A DNA stretch of 64,000 nucleotides from Zootoca vivipara (lineage: Eukaryota): NCBI RefSeq assembly GCF_963506605.1, contig NC_083288.1, positions 33,170,001-33,234,000 of the forward strand, in the 5' to 3' direction. Each line of letters opens with the position of its first letter. Positions within the stretch are counted from its first letter, which is position 1. The notes under the pieces were generated by a model. The model was given only the letters and a program-made list of their open reading frames with translations. It ran no database searches and was not told where the DNA came from. Positions 12,301-36,369 of the stretch are shown piece by piece. The position numbers and the translations under genes are program-made.

Positions 12301-15300
12301 GCCGATCAGAAGGTCGGTGGTTCGAATCCCCATGGCAGGGTGAGCTCCCGTTGTTCGGTCCCAGCTCCTGCCCACCTAGCAGTTCAAAAGCATGTCAAAG
12401 TGTAAGTAGATAAATAGGTACCGCTCCGGCGGGAAGGTAAACGGTGTTTCCGTGCACTGCTCTGATTCACCAGAAGCGGCTTAGTCATGCTGGCCATCTG
12501 ACCCGGAAGCTGTCTGTGGACAAATGCCGGCTCCCTCAGCCTATAGAGCGAGATAAGCGCCGCAACCCCAGAGTCGTCCGCAACTGGACCTAAAGGTTAG
12601 GGGTACCATTACCTTTAGACCTGCTTTATCTCTACCACATAACAACTACATCAAGCATTCCCAAACTGCGTCCCTCCAGATGTTTGTAGTCCCTCCCATG
12701 ATCCCTAGCTAACAGGACCAGTGGTCAGGGATGATGGGAATTGTAGCCCAAAACATCTGGAGGGCTGAAGTTTGGGGACTACATGAAGTCTGGAGAAGGA
12801 AACACACTTGCATTCAATTACATCAAACATCCATACAGCCTCCCACTCCCATTCCACCACTGGAGATGGTCCTGGGGGGAGCCCCCAATTTCCCCACCCA
12901 TCTGCCCAAATCACTAGGCCCTACTCCCTCCCAAGAAGGTTAGCAATGGGAGCAATTAGCGAACAACACTGAGAGTGTGGAAGCAGTGGTTTAAAACAGC
13001 AGCAGAAGTTAGAGTAGAGCAGGAGTGGAAGGACATGGGGAAATGGCAGTTTTAAACAACACCAGAGGTTTGAATAAAGTAGGGATGGAGGAAACCGTGT
13101 GGGGAATTCATAGTTTCAAACAGTGGTCGAGAATTGAATAGAGTGAGCAGAGGGTGACACTGAGGTAGGGAGAGTGGCAGTTTAAAACTGCCTCTGAGTA
13201 CAGAGGAAAGAGTTGGCAACAGCTCTGTGAGGTTAGCTTCTGTGTTGTTGTCCTAGCCCTCACTGAAGAATTCAAACTTAGGCTTCTGTTTCTCCCAAAA
13301 TCTTTAATGAGGCAGGGCAATACAAGTTAAAGGGCACAGCAGGCAAATTACATGGCTGAGCAAAAGCTGAGATGCCGATCCAAGAAGCGGCACACCTTCT
13401 GTCTCGTCCAATTGAAGAGTGGAGTGGACACAACCCTCAGTGTGGCAAACAATAGCTCAAGTTTAGGAGATGCCTGAATAGAAGTGCTCAGTGACACAGG
13501 GTCAGAACACCTCTCTGTCAACCTGCTTGGACCCTCCCCAAGATTCAGCTCCTGACTCTCTTCATCCCTAGTCCCCTCCTCTGGCTCAGAGAGTTCTTGG
13601 GACCCCGATTTCACCACCACCTGCTTGGACCCTTCCCTATGTCATCTAGCTCCAAACCCTTGATCTCCTCCCACTCCTCAGGAACTAACCATCCCCTCCA
13701 TGACATATCTACATCTCTTTACATAGTACACATCTCTGCTACTTCTCTTTGTTAAAACTGGGATTTTTTATTTTAAAAAAACCCTCTGTGTTACTCCATC
13801 CTTGTTTTAGTTAAACCTCTGCCATTGTTTAAAACCACAATTTTCATCTCAGATGGTCTCCACCACCATCCCCCTCACACTTCTGCCATTGTTTGAGTAC
13901 AGTGAGAAGGAAAAGACGAGGAACAAAAACTAGCCCTTCCTCAGCTGCTTCATGTGACAGAATAAAGGATGAATAGCCCTCAAAAGTTTCACACAATGTA
14001 TTTCACTCCTGATACCATGTGTTGTCTTCAACATGCCATTCCAGATTCAGTGTAGTAATTTCAAAGACATATTTTATTAACAAGAGGAAAAAAATGTTGG
14101 CATCTGTCTGTCTCAGGAGACAATGGAGGAATGAGCCTTTGGGGGTGAAGTCAAAGTAGACACCCATAGATAGATCCATAGGTAGGTAGGTAGGTAGGTA
14201 GGTAGGTAGGTAGGATGAATCAGAGGGGATTCTAAACCCAATAAATTAATAAATGTCAGAACCTTGTTAGTATTAAGATTCCAGGCCAGTGGAAAAATAC
14301 AGGTTAAGCTTCCTTTCCAAGCCAACGCCTCACCAGGGACAGAGGTGTTAACATGACAAAAGGGGTTGATGGCCCATCTAGGAGGAATCATTGGGCCTGA
14401 GCAGACAGAGGTTGGCAATGTGACAGGGTGTGCATGTGAGGTGACAGGAAAAGAGTGCCTTTAGCAAGGTGTGCTGGGAATGAGAAGGGGGAAACAAAGA
14501 CAGAGATCCATCTCTGGCAGGCTGGCTGAAGGGAGGCTGGGGGAGATGCAGGGAACAAGCCATTCTTGAGATGACCATCCTGTAAAACCTGAACTCCCTC
14601 CAAGCAAACACAGGTGTAAATATGTGAATAATATTTCCTAAAGCTACGACAGTCTCTTCCACTTCTTTATTCTCAAAGGAACACAGATCCCGGGTGAGCG
14701 TCTGGAACCCTCCTAGAATCTTGACACAGTTGAATAGAAATTGGGGGTGGCGCAACTTTTGTAGCGATAGATAGACAGACACAACATTGATCAACAGAAT
14801 TTAGCCTTCTCTAGCAGAATAAGCCAACGTACTTGCTCTTAAGAACCTACAGTAACATATATCCACGTAAAGTGTTGGCATAAAAGAGGCTGCAGAATGG
14901 GGAAGATGAGGAGGCATGCAAATGGGGTTGATCTGTGTACAAGGGAGAGCTGAGAAAAGTAGGGAGAGTGGAAGAGAAAATGGAAAGTGCCTAGGGGGTT
15001 GCAAAAAAGGAGAGAGAAGGATGGCATGGAAATGGGGTTGAAACGGAATGCCAGGGCATGAAAGGGTCTAAAGAATAGGAGCTGGTGGTGGCTTCATAGT
15101 TGGACAAAAAATGAAAAGGGTGTTCAGTATTTGCAATGCGGGAGAGGTAGAAGATGCAGGAGATTAACCTGCAAGTGGATTGTGTGCTGGTGGGGTTGCA
15201 CAAAAGAAAGAGGAAGATATGGATATGGGGTGAAGGTGAAAACGGGGTGCAAAGTGGGGCTGTAGAATAGAAGGGAGAAGTGGCTTGGGAATTGAGGCTG

Positions 15301-15773
15301 GGAAGTTCAAGAGCATGGGGTGTGAAGGGGAAGCTCTACGGGGTGAATCTGGAGGAATGACAAGGGGCTGGTTAGCGGAGTCAGCAAGGGCGCAGTATCT
15401 AGCATGGAACATCATTTGCACAGGGACATGATTCCACAGAATGGAAAACACAGTCCTATACAATCACTTGTCTTCAAAGCAGATGTGGGGGAGGAAAATT
15501 ATCTACTTTCTAACCAACAAAGTCCTAGTCTCACCTCCTTTCTTATATTCTGAAGGAAAACTCTGGAGTAGTAGCTTCCCTGTTATCACCTATGTCTCTT
15601 CCCAAATAGCCCAGATACCCCAATGGAAACTACCATCCACATTAGTTTTTTCCAGAGAAAGAGAATCTTAGATACATTCGTGCGCACGCGCGCACACACA
15701 CACACACACTAAATGGCTTACCGTGTATCAGGGGTAGCATAGAGAGGCAGAAAAGGGAGAGGAAGATTCTCAT
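1075..15773 (-). CDS. Gene A: trypsin-like serine protease (PRSS27/PRSS33/prostasin-like), 3'-partial. Exons 15773-15722, 5224-5198, 5036-4874, 2727-2456, 1244-1075; final GDSGGP exon lies left of the window
   Basis: Manual splicing with GT-AG sites and phases 1,1,2,1,0 gives [36 protein letters not shown]|IVGG...WPWQ...TAAHC...GDIALVQL...ILPACLP...CWVTGWG...[16 protein letters not shown]. Confidence 0.9.
2456..2727 (-). CDS. Gene A exon 4 (catalytic Asp in GDIAL; CWVTGWG)
   Basis: ORF 2442..2747; ACAG acceptor, GTGAG donor, 272 nt. Confidence 0.95.
3012..3546 (+). mobile_element. Rex1/Babar-like LINE, 3' fragment
   Basis: HFLRVLRK...[18 protein letters not shown]...LRRVVKTA peptide resembles the Rex-Babar RT C-terminus; ends AATAAA + (TTCTA)n. 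Confidence 0.7.
3563..3900 (+). mobile_element. Sauria SINE
   Basis: GGGACGC..GGTGGCGCTGTGG head, B-box GGTTCGAATCCC; ~12-bp TSD TAGTG(T/A)GAATGT. Confidence 0.85.
4874..5036 (-). CDS. Gene A exon 3 (activation site R|IVGG, catalytic His in TAAHC)
   Basis: ORF 4870..5067; CCAG acceptor, GTGAGT donor, 163 nt. Confidence 0.95.
5198..5224 (-). CDS. Gene A micro-exon 2 (27 nt, GAVENGTQT)
   Basis: Polypyrimidine tract + TAG acceptor, CAG|GTAAGA donor, frame-preserving. Confidence 0.8.
5450..6900 (-). mobile_element. Old degraded L1-like ORF2 remnants
   Basis: Strand-biased A-rich minus strand with broken L1-like peptides (e.g. [14 protein letters not shown]); boundaries approximate. Confidence 0.45.
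7658..7860 (-). mobile_element. BovB (RTE) LINE 3' fragment
   Basis: [24 protein letters not shown] peptide, (CAA)n tail, 12-bp TSD AGCAATAAGGTT (7646-7657 / 7861-7872). Confidence 0.9.
8372..8730 (+). mobile_element. Sauria SINE flanked by an 86-bp direct repeat
   Basis: Full SINE with (ACCTTT)n tail; identical flanks 8286-8371 and 8731-8816. Confidence 0.9.
9295..10219 (-). mobile_element. L2 LINE 3' fragment with (ATT)n tail
   Basis: ORF 9943..10197 [24 protein letters not shown]; same family as 55168-55891 and 61405-61760. Confidence 0.85.
10585..10944 (+). mobile_element. Degraded L1 ORF2 3' end
   Basis: [25 protein letters not shown] resembles the C-terminus of the young L1 at 26241-28771. 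Confidence 0.6.
10947..11283 (+). mobile_element. Tigger-like MITE family X, two internal ~149-bp units
   Basis: TA|CAGTCATACCTC...GAGGTACCACTG|TA. Confidence 0.85.
12256..12616 (+). mobile_element. Sauria SINE
   Basis: Homologous to the copy at 8372. Confidence 0.85.
12660..12775. repeat. Representative of an abundant short palindromic squamate repeat (CCAGATGTT...ACTACAACTCCCATCA...TGATGGGAGTTGTAGT...AACATCTGG)
   Basis: Other copies near 1700, 2830, 18895, 22610, 31800, 37245, 41790, 42700, 46065, 63840. Confidence 0.75.
14178..14213 (+). repeat. (TAGG)n microsatellite
   Basis: Seen directly. Confidence 0.9.
15722..15773 (-). CDS. Gene A exon 1 (signal peptide [17 protein letters not shown])
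   Basis: ATG, hydrophobic stretch, phase-1 donor G|GTAAGC; resembles gene B exon 1 (MLPL motif). Confidence 0.8.
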
Positions 15774-16815
15774 AGTGCAGAAAGGCCCTGCCTCACCTCC
15801 AGGGGAGCAGGGCAATCTGAAACCTACAGCCCTCCAGGTTTGCTTCTGCCTCTGCGAGAACTTAGGTGTGCACGAAACAGGCAGGCACTTCCTGGCAGCC
15901 TCCTGGGAGAATGTGACCCAACCTGTCTGCCCACCCACTACGCTTTCTGTCCCCTCCAGGTAACCACGCCTTACTGGCCTTTTGCCCCCTCCCAGCTTGG
16001 TCAGGTTTTGCTGTGATATTCATATGAGTTTGGTCAACTTAGATTCCTAGATATGAGGCCCTCTTCCAAGAAACAAGGTGCTTCTCCAAGCAGAGTGGCA
16101 GGGGCGAAGGCGAGGGAGGGAGGGAGGGAGAAATCCATCTTGTGCTATGTTGTCCTGAATAAACAAAACAGGATACCTGTTAGCGAGCCTTTTTCTGGAT
16201 ACAAGCTTGGTGCCAGTTCTTTGTGGAATAAATGAAAAACCTCAGCAACTTACATTGCGAGGAAATTCCATTTTCTCAATGGTAGAACTGCTAAACGGTG
16301 TTGTTGTGAACCAAGGAAGGCCTCCTCAAGAGGGAGCATGCAGGCCCTGATTCACAGGGGCAAATTTGCCAGAATTTAGGGCAAAACGACCCTCCAGGTG
16401 ACCTTTTAATTGTGCATATTGTGCATTATATTCATGCCTGCCTAAGTGATCATGCTTTCAATAATATTTGCTCCTGCAAAACTTTTTTGGGGGGAAGGGG
16501 GACATTCTACTGTTTCATTTCCAATCAAGGTATATCCTGTAATTACCTGCTGAAATCCTGCAACATTTTGTAACATACATGTTCTCTGATGGGGGGGGTG
16601 AGTATTCCATTTTTGTTGCGCGATAGCACCACCAGGCAGCAATAATGTGGTAGCTTTGGGGAAGCATCCCAGAACTAATAAAGCAGAATAAATCTGCCAT
16701 GAATGCACTTGTGTCAAGAACATGTTTTATTGCAGGTGCATTGCCTGCAATAAAGCCACAGCCACAGCCCTGCTCAGACCTGCTCTGCACCATCCTCAGG
16801 TGCTTTCTTTTGCCT

Positions 16816-16920
16816 GGTAGAGCATGAGACTCTTAATCTCAGGGTTTTGTGGGTTCAAGCCCCACAAAAGATTGGGCAAAAAGATTCCTGCATTGCTGGT
16901 GGTCGGACCAGATGACCCTC
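16816..16920 (+). mobile_element. tRNA-Lys(CTT)-derived SINE fragment with CR1-like tail
   Basis: GGTAGAGCATGAGACTCTTAATCTCAGGG..GGGTTCAAGCCCCAC matches vertebrate tRNA-Lys-CTT minus its 5' acceptor stem; followed by GATTCCTGCATTGC...GATGACCCT. Confidence 0.7.
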
Positions 16921-17652
16921 TGTGTCAAGGGGAACACACACTGCTTTCAGCCCCCTCGCAAAGATAAGGTGAAAGCTCAATCCCAAACTCACTGAAATAT
17001 TAAGTAATTTGAAAGCAACCTGTGATGAGGCAAATAAACAGAGGCCTTTATTGCAACAAAGAAATATTTCCAAAAATTGGGTGACAGATTTCAGCGCAGT
17101 GTTAACACATATACACACAAACTTTCCATTATCCCTTCCGCTCCCCCCCCCCCAAAAAAAGAAAACTTAGCTCTTTGGATTTCAAACCTCACAAGGAGAG
17201 GGTGGCAAGTGTGGCAGGAAGATTCAAGGACAATCAAAATTATGTTTTGAGAATGATTCCTGTTCCATTGGAAGATGCCCAGAGTGGTTGGGGCAACCCA
17301 GTCACATGAGCGGGGTACAAGTGATTTATTATTGTTATTATTATTCATTGTTTTGCATTTTCTGGATGTCCCATGATTATATTCTAAAGTAGTTGTGTTC
17401 TATGTTATAAATCAAGCACTGCTAGAAGTTGTCTTTTTTTGTTTTCCAATGTATTGCTTATCAATTTAAAAAATGGTGTGACATGAGAAAAATTTTATTC
17501 TGAAAGTGTGGCCCAGAGAAAAAAAGTTTGAGAACCACTAGCTTATCCAGACCAGCATTCTTTTACTCACAATAGCTAACCAGAAGCCCATGCAAGACCC
17601 ACAAACAGGGGGTGAGTCCCCTTCCTGGCTTCTGAGATTTCCCCTGGGATAG

Positions 17653-18624
17653 TTTATCAATGACTTGGATGATGGGCTTGAGGGAATCCTGAGCAAGTTT
17701 ACAGATGACACCAAATTGGGAGGGGTGGCTAACACTCCAGAGGACAGGATCACACTTCAGAATGACCTTAACAGATTAGACAACTGGGCCAAACTGGGCC
17801 CAGCAACTGGGCCAAAGCAAACAAGATGAATTTTAACAAGGAGAAATGTAAAGTACTACACTTGGGCAAAAAAATGAAAGGCACAAATACAGGATGGGAG
17901 ACACCTGGCTTGAGAGCAGTACATGTGAAAAGGATCTAGGAGTTTTGGTTGACCACAAACTTGACATGAGTCAGCAGTGTGATGCAGCAGCTAAAAAAGC
18001 CAATGCAGTTCTGGGCTGCATCAATAGGAGTATAGCATCTAGATCAAGGGAAGTAATAGTACCACTGTATTCTGCTCTGGTCAGACCTCACCTGGAGTAT
18101 TGTGTCCAGTTCTGGGCACCACAGTTCAAGAAGGATACTGATAAGCTGGAACGTGTCCAGAAGAGGGCAACCAAAATGGTCAAAGGCCTGGAAACGATGC
18201 CTTATGAGGAACGGCTTAGGGAGCTGGGTATGTTTAGCCTGGAGAAGAGAAGGTTAAGGGGTGATATGATAACCATGTTCAAATATATAAAAGGATGTCA
18301 TATAAAGGAGGGAGAAAGGTTGTTTTCTGCTGCTCCAGAGAAGCGGACACGGAGCAACGGATTCAAACTACAAGAAAGAAAATTCCACCTAAACATTAGG
18401 AAGAACTTCCTGACAGTAAGAGCTGTTCGGCAGTGGAATTTGCTGCCAAGGAGTGTGGTGGAGTCTCCTTCTTTGGAGGTCTTTAAGCAGAGGCTTGACA
18501 GCCATCTGTCAGGAATGCTTTGATGGTGTTTCCTGCTTGGCAGGGGGTTGGACTGGATGGCCCTTGTGGTCTCTTCCAACTCTATGATTCTATGATTCTA
18601 TTCTATGATTCTATGATTCTATGA
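17653..18624 (+). mobile_element. CR1 LINE 3' fragment (young)
   Basis: ORF 17894..18523 ([28 protein letters not shown]); (ATTCTATG)n tail. Confidence 0.95.
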
Positions 18625-19073
18625 TAGACAACACATGCTTTCACATTTGTCTTCACTGCTATTTGGACTAGAAACCTGATTATATTATTACTTTTCAAAT
18701 GAGAGGATCTTGTCACAATGCCAGAAGGCGGAAGGCGAAGAATTCTAGGGCGCTTTGGTAATCTCTTGTCCAGGAACCAGAAGAATTATGGCACCTACCC
18801 TTCACTTACTGTGGGACAGAAATGCTTTGCCCTTCTGATCTTCAAACTGCAACCCAAATCACCCTTCAAGCAGGAAACCAGGTGTGGGAAACATTTGGCC
18901 CTCCAGGTGCTACTGAACTACAACTCCCATCAGTCACAGTGAGTATGGCCAGCGGGAGTCATAATTCAGCAACATCTTTAGGCCCAAAGGTTCCCCACCA
19001 CCTGGGGCTGCCTACAATGTGCCCAAATTCAGCACTGATTCTACAGCGGCAAGCTGGCAATGAACTCCTCACC

Positions 19074-30648
<11,575 letters not shown>

Positions 30649-31910
30649 GATGTAGACCTTGTCCCTCTTGTCTGGCGACCTCAATGTAGGGAAGGACAGG
30701 ACGAGCAGATATCTCCAGGCAGACAATCAGGTTTACGAAGGAGCCTAAGAAGCTGTTATACGCAACAGAAAGGGAACTAATGTTCACAAAAAAACAACAA
30801 CAGGAAGAACCCAGGAGTCCAACCAAGGGTAGAAAACTCCAGAGTATCAGCAAATTCACTCTTTCTGTTGCTTCTCCCTAAAAAACATGGCGAACCAGCT
30901 TGGAATATAGAGAGTCTAAAGTCCACTGGACAACATTGTTTTAACTCACTTGTGATCCCACCACAGATCTATGAAATTTTATGAGCTAAATCTCCTTCTG
31001 AGAATTCAGGCACGCTGGCTCTTAGCTTTTACAAACACTAGGCATCCGGGGGTCCTGCTGCAATCTAACCCACTAGAGGTCCCCTTCTAGGACTGGCTGC
31101 AGAACCAAATTCCCACTGTAACTGAGTGATAGCTGGAGAAAAAAGAACCCAGAAGTCCCGCCTGTTACCCAAAGCCCTCTAGATCCCACCCACATTGTAC
31201 ACCACATAACCACCACACGTGTTCTGCTCCCTAGACCTCTCCTCCACCTGTCATTCAGCCATATAAATATTGCAGTGGGGAACAGAACGAGAAGAGGTAA
31301 CAATGAGTTTACAGAAGAAGAGCCTTGTCGCCACCTGGATTAGACTTAATAGCGGGGAGAATGATTCGGCGGCTCAAGAGGGAAAGTACACTTGAAAAGC
31401 CTGGGGGTTTGGGTGGATTCCCGTTGGCAGAATTATGAGTGGGGATTTGTGGGTGGCAGGGGGTGAGATGGTCTAAATATGAACCATGGGTGTGCTTGTT
31501 TTTATGGGCCTACATTGCTGTGCTCTGTGCCAGGGGCGGTGTGTACAATGATCCTTGCATCTCACATCAGGAGCCAGTTCTCACCAGTCTAAGCCCCCTC
31601 CTTGTATAAACATTAAACAATTCAGCGTCAGGATAAATGCTAACCTTTCTTCTGCTTAGCAGTCATTAAAAAGTTATTAGGTAAAGGAAAGGAACATCAA
31701 CTAGCTGTTTCCACCTACTGCAGATTTCAGGGCTCGGGATACTCAATTTGATCAGGACCAGAAAGGGCAAAGGATTAAAGCAGCCCTCCCTGACTAGGAA
31801 CTCTCCAAATGCCATGGACCACAATTCCCATTGGCTCCTGACACAATGACCAATGGTCAGAGATGATGGCAGCTCTAGTCGAAAACATCTGACGGGCACC
31901 AAGTTAAAGG

Positions 31911-32000
31911 CATAGCTGCCAAGTTATCCCTTTTTTTAAGGGAAATTCCCTTATGCTGAATAGGCTTCCTCATGAGAAAAGGGAAAACTTGGCAGCTATG
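31911..32000. mobile_element. 90-bp hAT MITE (same family as 23322)
   Basis: TIR CATAGCTGCCAAGTT; TSD GTTAAAGG. Confidence 0.9.
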
Positions 32001-32166
32001 GTTAAAGGTTGGATGAAAAGCTTCCCACACCACAGTCTCCATCCTGCTCAGACATACTCTGTCTTGTGACCCAAAGTTAATGTCTCTTTAAAATTGCCCA
32101 GTGCCTCTCATCCTCCACTCTGCCCAAGCTGGCCAACTTCTGGCCAACTTCCTACTGCACACTCTT

Positions 32167-33225
32167 TGTTAAGTTGTGGGTAAGCATAGCAGACGACACA
32201 GCAATCTCTCCAAAGCAGCTCTTTATTTGGAAGCTAGAACAGAACTGAACTGCATTGCCGAGCTAGCCTGCTTTTATAGAGGCTGGCTCAAACAATGTAT
32301 CAAACATAATTCAAAGTTCCCTCCTAAAGTTCCCTCCTAAAACAACTGTCAAGGACCTGAGGACTTGAGGACCTGAGGGAAAACTATATACACTAATACA
32401 TAACACCCCTCCCCACCGAGAAAAGGCATTAGTTACATTCGTAATGGTTTCAATTAGGTACAAGAGCATAACAGTTTCAAGGTACATAGCTTCTATTTAC
32501 AATGCAACGTTTCAAATGCAGTTACTGACATAGTCCCATAAGTAGGATGGCCGCTTGGTGACCCTGGTGGAACGCCGAGGGCCAGTACCAGTGTCCAGGG
32601 GGTTGGCCGATTCCTGCTGAGACTGTGGCGCCACCGATGTTGGTGGTGAGTCCAAGTTTCCTGTCTCCGTAACTGCTGAAGGAACCGCCATGTGCGGACT
32701 GGGCGGATGGTCAGGCACAGCAGTGGCACTAGACTCTGGGGGGCCCTGCTGAACCTCTGACGTGGCTTGGCTAGGATCCACATCCGCCGCTTGTGAGGGT
32801 GGTGTAGATTGAACCTCGCCTTCTGTTAGAACTGGCTTCTTAGTGGAGTGTGGGCTGCTGGCCTTGCGGATCTCCTGGGCGGAGAGTTCAGCAGCTTCTG
32901 CAGCTGCGGCTGCGGCCTCCTCCATGGCCTTCTGTAGCGTGAGGTCCGGCTTGGCGAGGAGGCGCTGCTGCAGACGGATGTTCCGGATTCCGCAGACGAC
33001 TCGATCCATCAGGGCGTCGTCAAGGTCCCGGAACTCACAATGTAGGGCGGCCTTCCTGAGAGCAGCGAGGTAATTGCTGATGGACTCCCTCTCGGCCTGG
33101 TTCCTGTGGTAGAAGGCATGGCGGGCAGCAATTTTAGACAGCTTGGGCGCGTAGTGGGTACGGAGCTTCTCTTGGAGCGTGTCCCATGGCGCTGCCTCAA
33201 CGGCTAGAGGTGCAAATTCCTCCAT
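32167..33225 (-). mobile_element. Internally deleted Ty3/Gypsy LTR retrotransposon: gag fragment, integrase C-tail, PPT and 3' LTR (32167-32405)
   Basis: LTR bounded by TGTTA...TAACA with TATA and AATAAA on the minus strand; purine tract 32406-32417; gag motifs RHAFYHRNQ..ESI..YLAALRK.A.HCEF, DRVVCGI..IRLQQRLL; RRSTRVTKRPSYLWDYV. Confidence 0.85.
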
Positions 33226-33525
33226 AGCCAGAGACAGGAGGGGAGGGAGATAAGGTTCCTGCAACAGTAAGAGTAACAAATGTGTTACAAGATAAGGGAA
33301 TCGTGAGAGCTGTGTGCAACGGGTGTATAATCTTGCTTATGCATGCATTTTGCTATAGCACTGATATATATGTTGTTTGTCACAATCTATAAAAAGGAGC
33401 GCCTGCCTATATTTGGGGCTCAGTCTTTGAGAAATATCTCACTGAAGCCGCAGCACAGCTTAATAAGCAAGACCTTCCTCAAAGAACTCATGTCTGTCTT
33501 CATTGACTAGAAGAAACTTGCAACA
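33226..33525 (+). mobile_element. Probable LTR fragment of a second retroelement
   Basis: TATAAAAA at 33388, AATAAG, ends ...GCAACA; 5' end unclear. Confidence 0.45.
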
Positions 33526-35139
33526 GGTATATTGGGCAAAATTGCATATAAACATGTATTTTAAGAGAAATTCTTACAAAAATGCTGGTGAATTTTCCTG
33601 AGGGCATTTTTTAAAAAAATGCAAGCTGATGTAAAAAATGTGGAGAACTGAACTTAATACTGGAAAAGTGAGAAACTGACAGAAACCAAAATGTACAGAT
33701 TTGCCCAAACCTAGAGGACAAGGAAACTGGAGGTAAGTTCAATAAATTCCTTGAATTGGCCTCATTAAGGTGAGCGCGAGAAAGATGCTGCAGGTTTCTG
33801 AAAAACTGTCTCAACCAGAAGTTCCCAGGCATGACTTCTTTAAAAAAAATGAGTCACACCAGCGAGTGACACATCATGTTGTCACAATTTTTTAAAAAAT
33901 AAAATAAAATACATATATCGCCTATTGAAGGGTTTTTTAAAAAAATAATAATACTGTACTCTTATTATCTTGACTCTACAGTAAGGCTCCTTACAACTGA
34001 CTAAGAGGTAATACCATAAAAAGTAGGTCAGTGAAAATGAGGAGATTACAGGCACACCAGTTTAATCTCTGTGCTGGTATGTTTTATCAGCTGAACTGTA
34101 CTAGCCATCGCACTTGACAATTTCAGTATTAAATTTCCATTAAACTATTCTTAAAGCACATTTAAGACATATGGCTTCCGTCAAAGAATTCTGGGACCTA
34201 TCGTTTACTGCTCACAGAGCAACAATTCCCAGCTCCCATGATCCTTTGCAGGAGCTCCATGCTTTAAAAGTACAGTGTGGGCATGAGCTATGTGCCCCAT
34301 ATTTTCCATTTCTTTTGCCTGCAATTCCCTTGCAGTTGAGCCATACAGTGCTATCATAGGAGTCCCCCAAAAAGTGGGACTCTTAATAGAGGTTGGATTT
34401 TGGTTGGTTTTTTATTGGTGGTGGTTGTTGTTGTTATTGTTGTTGTTTTCCATTATCACTATTAAAAAAAGAAGAAGAACTCTCTGTACCAGGTCTCTTT
34501 GCTAATCCCCTCCAAATATTTCCAACTTTTAACTATCAGCATTTGTGCTGCAGCTAGAAGGTGTTGGACCAGAGTATTGTCGCAGCAGTCTTTATTCAGT
34601 CCGTCCCAGCCACCCCACAGAAAAGACTCACTGTTTTGTAATTAAATTAATTTCAGAAAAATCAGGTCCCAAAATTTGGCCCACCATAACTGGTAGTATA
34701 GGCTTTTCCTGGATCTACAGCACAAACATTGAGAAGAGAGATTCAGGATAAAACAGGAAATCTCAGTCGTGGTAAGGTGACCTTTAAACAGTGTTTGTAG
34801 TTTAATTATTTCACAACATTTATATTGCCCTTGGCTATAATAAACCCAAGGGCTACAAAAGGATTTACAAAAATAAAATAAAAATTAAGAAGTGTTTTTT
34901 TTTAATGGTTTCCTGTATATGAGCTTAGATAAAACAGAGAGAAGAATTTACCACATATTATTCCATCTGGCTAAATCATGCTTGGTATGTAGATCAACCT
35001 CCCAGCTTGTTTCCATCCTGACAAAGTCTCTGTCTAAGGCTATTAATTTTTTTATATTACTGTGACACCCGGACCCTTGCTATGTTCAAAGGCTGACAAG
35101 GACCTAACAGCTTGTTGTTTGATTGTATCTTTAGTTATA

Positions 35140-35311
35140 CAGTCATACCTCAGTTTAAGTACGCCTCGGCTTGAGTACTTTCAGTTTAAGTACTCCGTGG
35201 ACCCGTCTGGAACGGATTAATCCACTTTCCATTACTTTCAATGGGAAAGTTCGCTTCAGGTTAAGTACAGACTTCTGGAACCAATTGTGTACTTAAACCG
35301 AGGTACCACTG
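35140..35311 (+). mobile_element. Tigger-like MITE family X, single unit
   Basis: Termini and TA flanks. Confidence 0.85.
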
Positions 35312-35355
35312 TACAGTAAAAGCCTCCCAAATCTCTTGGGCTTTTACGTTGGGTT

Positions 35356-35390
<35 letters not shown>

Positions 35391-36369
35391 AAAAAGCATT
35401 AAGGCAAATATGGAATTTTCTACCTCTGGTGCTAAAATAATTTGACCAGCTCTGGGCACTATGCACATTGATGTGGGGCAGCCGTTAACCCATCTATGTT
35501 TGCCTCTTAATTGAATGATTGTAAGTCAATAAGCACAACTGAGAACTTTGAGAACCTCAAGCAATAAAAACTGTAGAAAATCTGCTGATTTCTTTTCATA
35601 TGAAGACTTAGGAACCTCTGGCCTTCATTACCCCTAGCTTCAATGGAGAGTATGTCAATCTATTTCAGCCAGAGCAGGAACAAAATAATAAGGAATAATG
35701 TTTGTTTATAAAATATCCCAATACATATTTTACGAAATAGAGTATTTTCCCATATTAGTATTTATAGAAACTGTTCAATTTGGGGTTTTGTTGGGGTAAA
35801 CAGTATTGAATCTAGCAGGTTAGTACTAGATGCATTATATAACATGCATTATTACTCAGAATAGGCAGGAAATTTGATTCCGTTCACATTTAAAATCTAC
35901 ATTCTGTAGACACCATTCAACTCTCAGGTGGTTATTTAACCTACTTTTGGGGCTCTTTTTTTAAAAAGTCTTTTCCTTCAGGGAAGGGAGGCATGGTGTA
36001 TACACAGAGGCATTCCGCCTTAGTTTCTCTTCTTCTTTTTCAAATCCTACCTTCGCAAAAACATCACTCTGTGCAAGTTGAGTCACAGCCTTCACAGACA
36101 GCTGTTTTAAACAATTTAAAAATCAAAAGATGGTATCGAACCTTTGATGAAACCAGGAAGCTAATGTGTTTATTTTGAGTGATTAAGACATAATGCTATC
36201 TCACAGAAAGAATGCACTGGGGAGATTTGTGTAGAGGATTTTTTTTCTCTTTAAAAGCAGGAGCAAATTGTCAAATACACGGCTCTTATTGAACGGACCC
36301 AGAAAGAACCAGGTAGGAACAGCAATGGATGCTTGTATATTTGAAGATGAGAGATGGGTAGAGCTCTGA

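Noticed and set aside
16816-16870. Functional tRNA-Lys gene
   Set aside because: The 5' acceptor stem is missing, the variable/T region has an insertion, and it runs into a CR1-like tail, so it is a SINE remnant.
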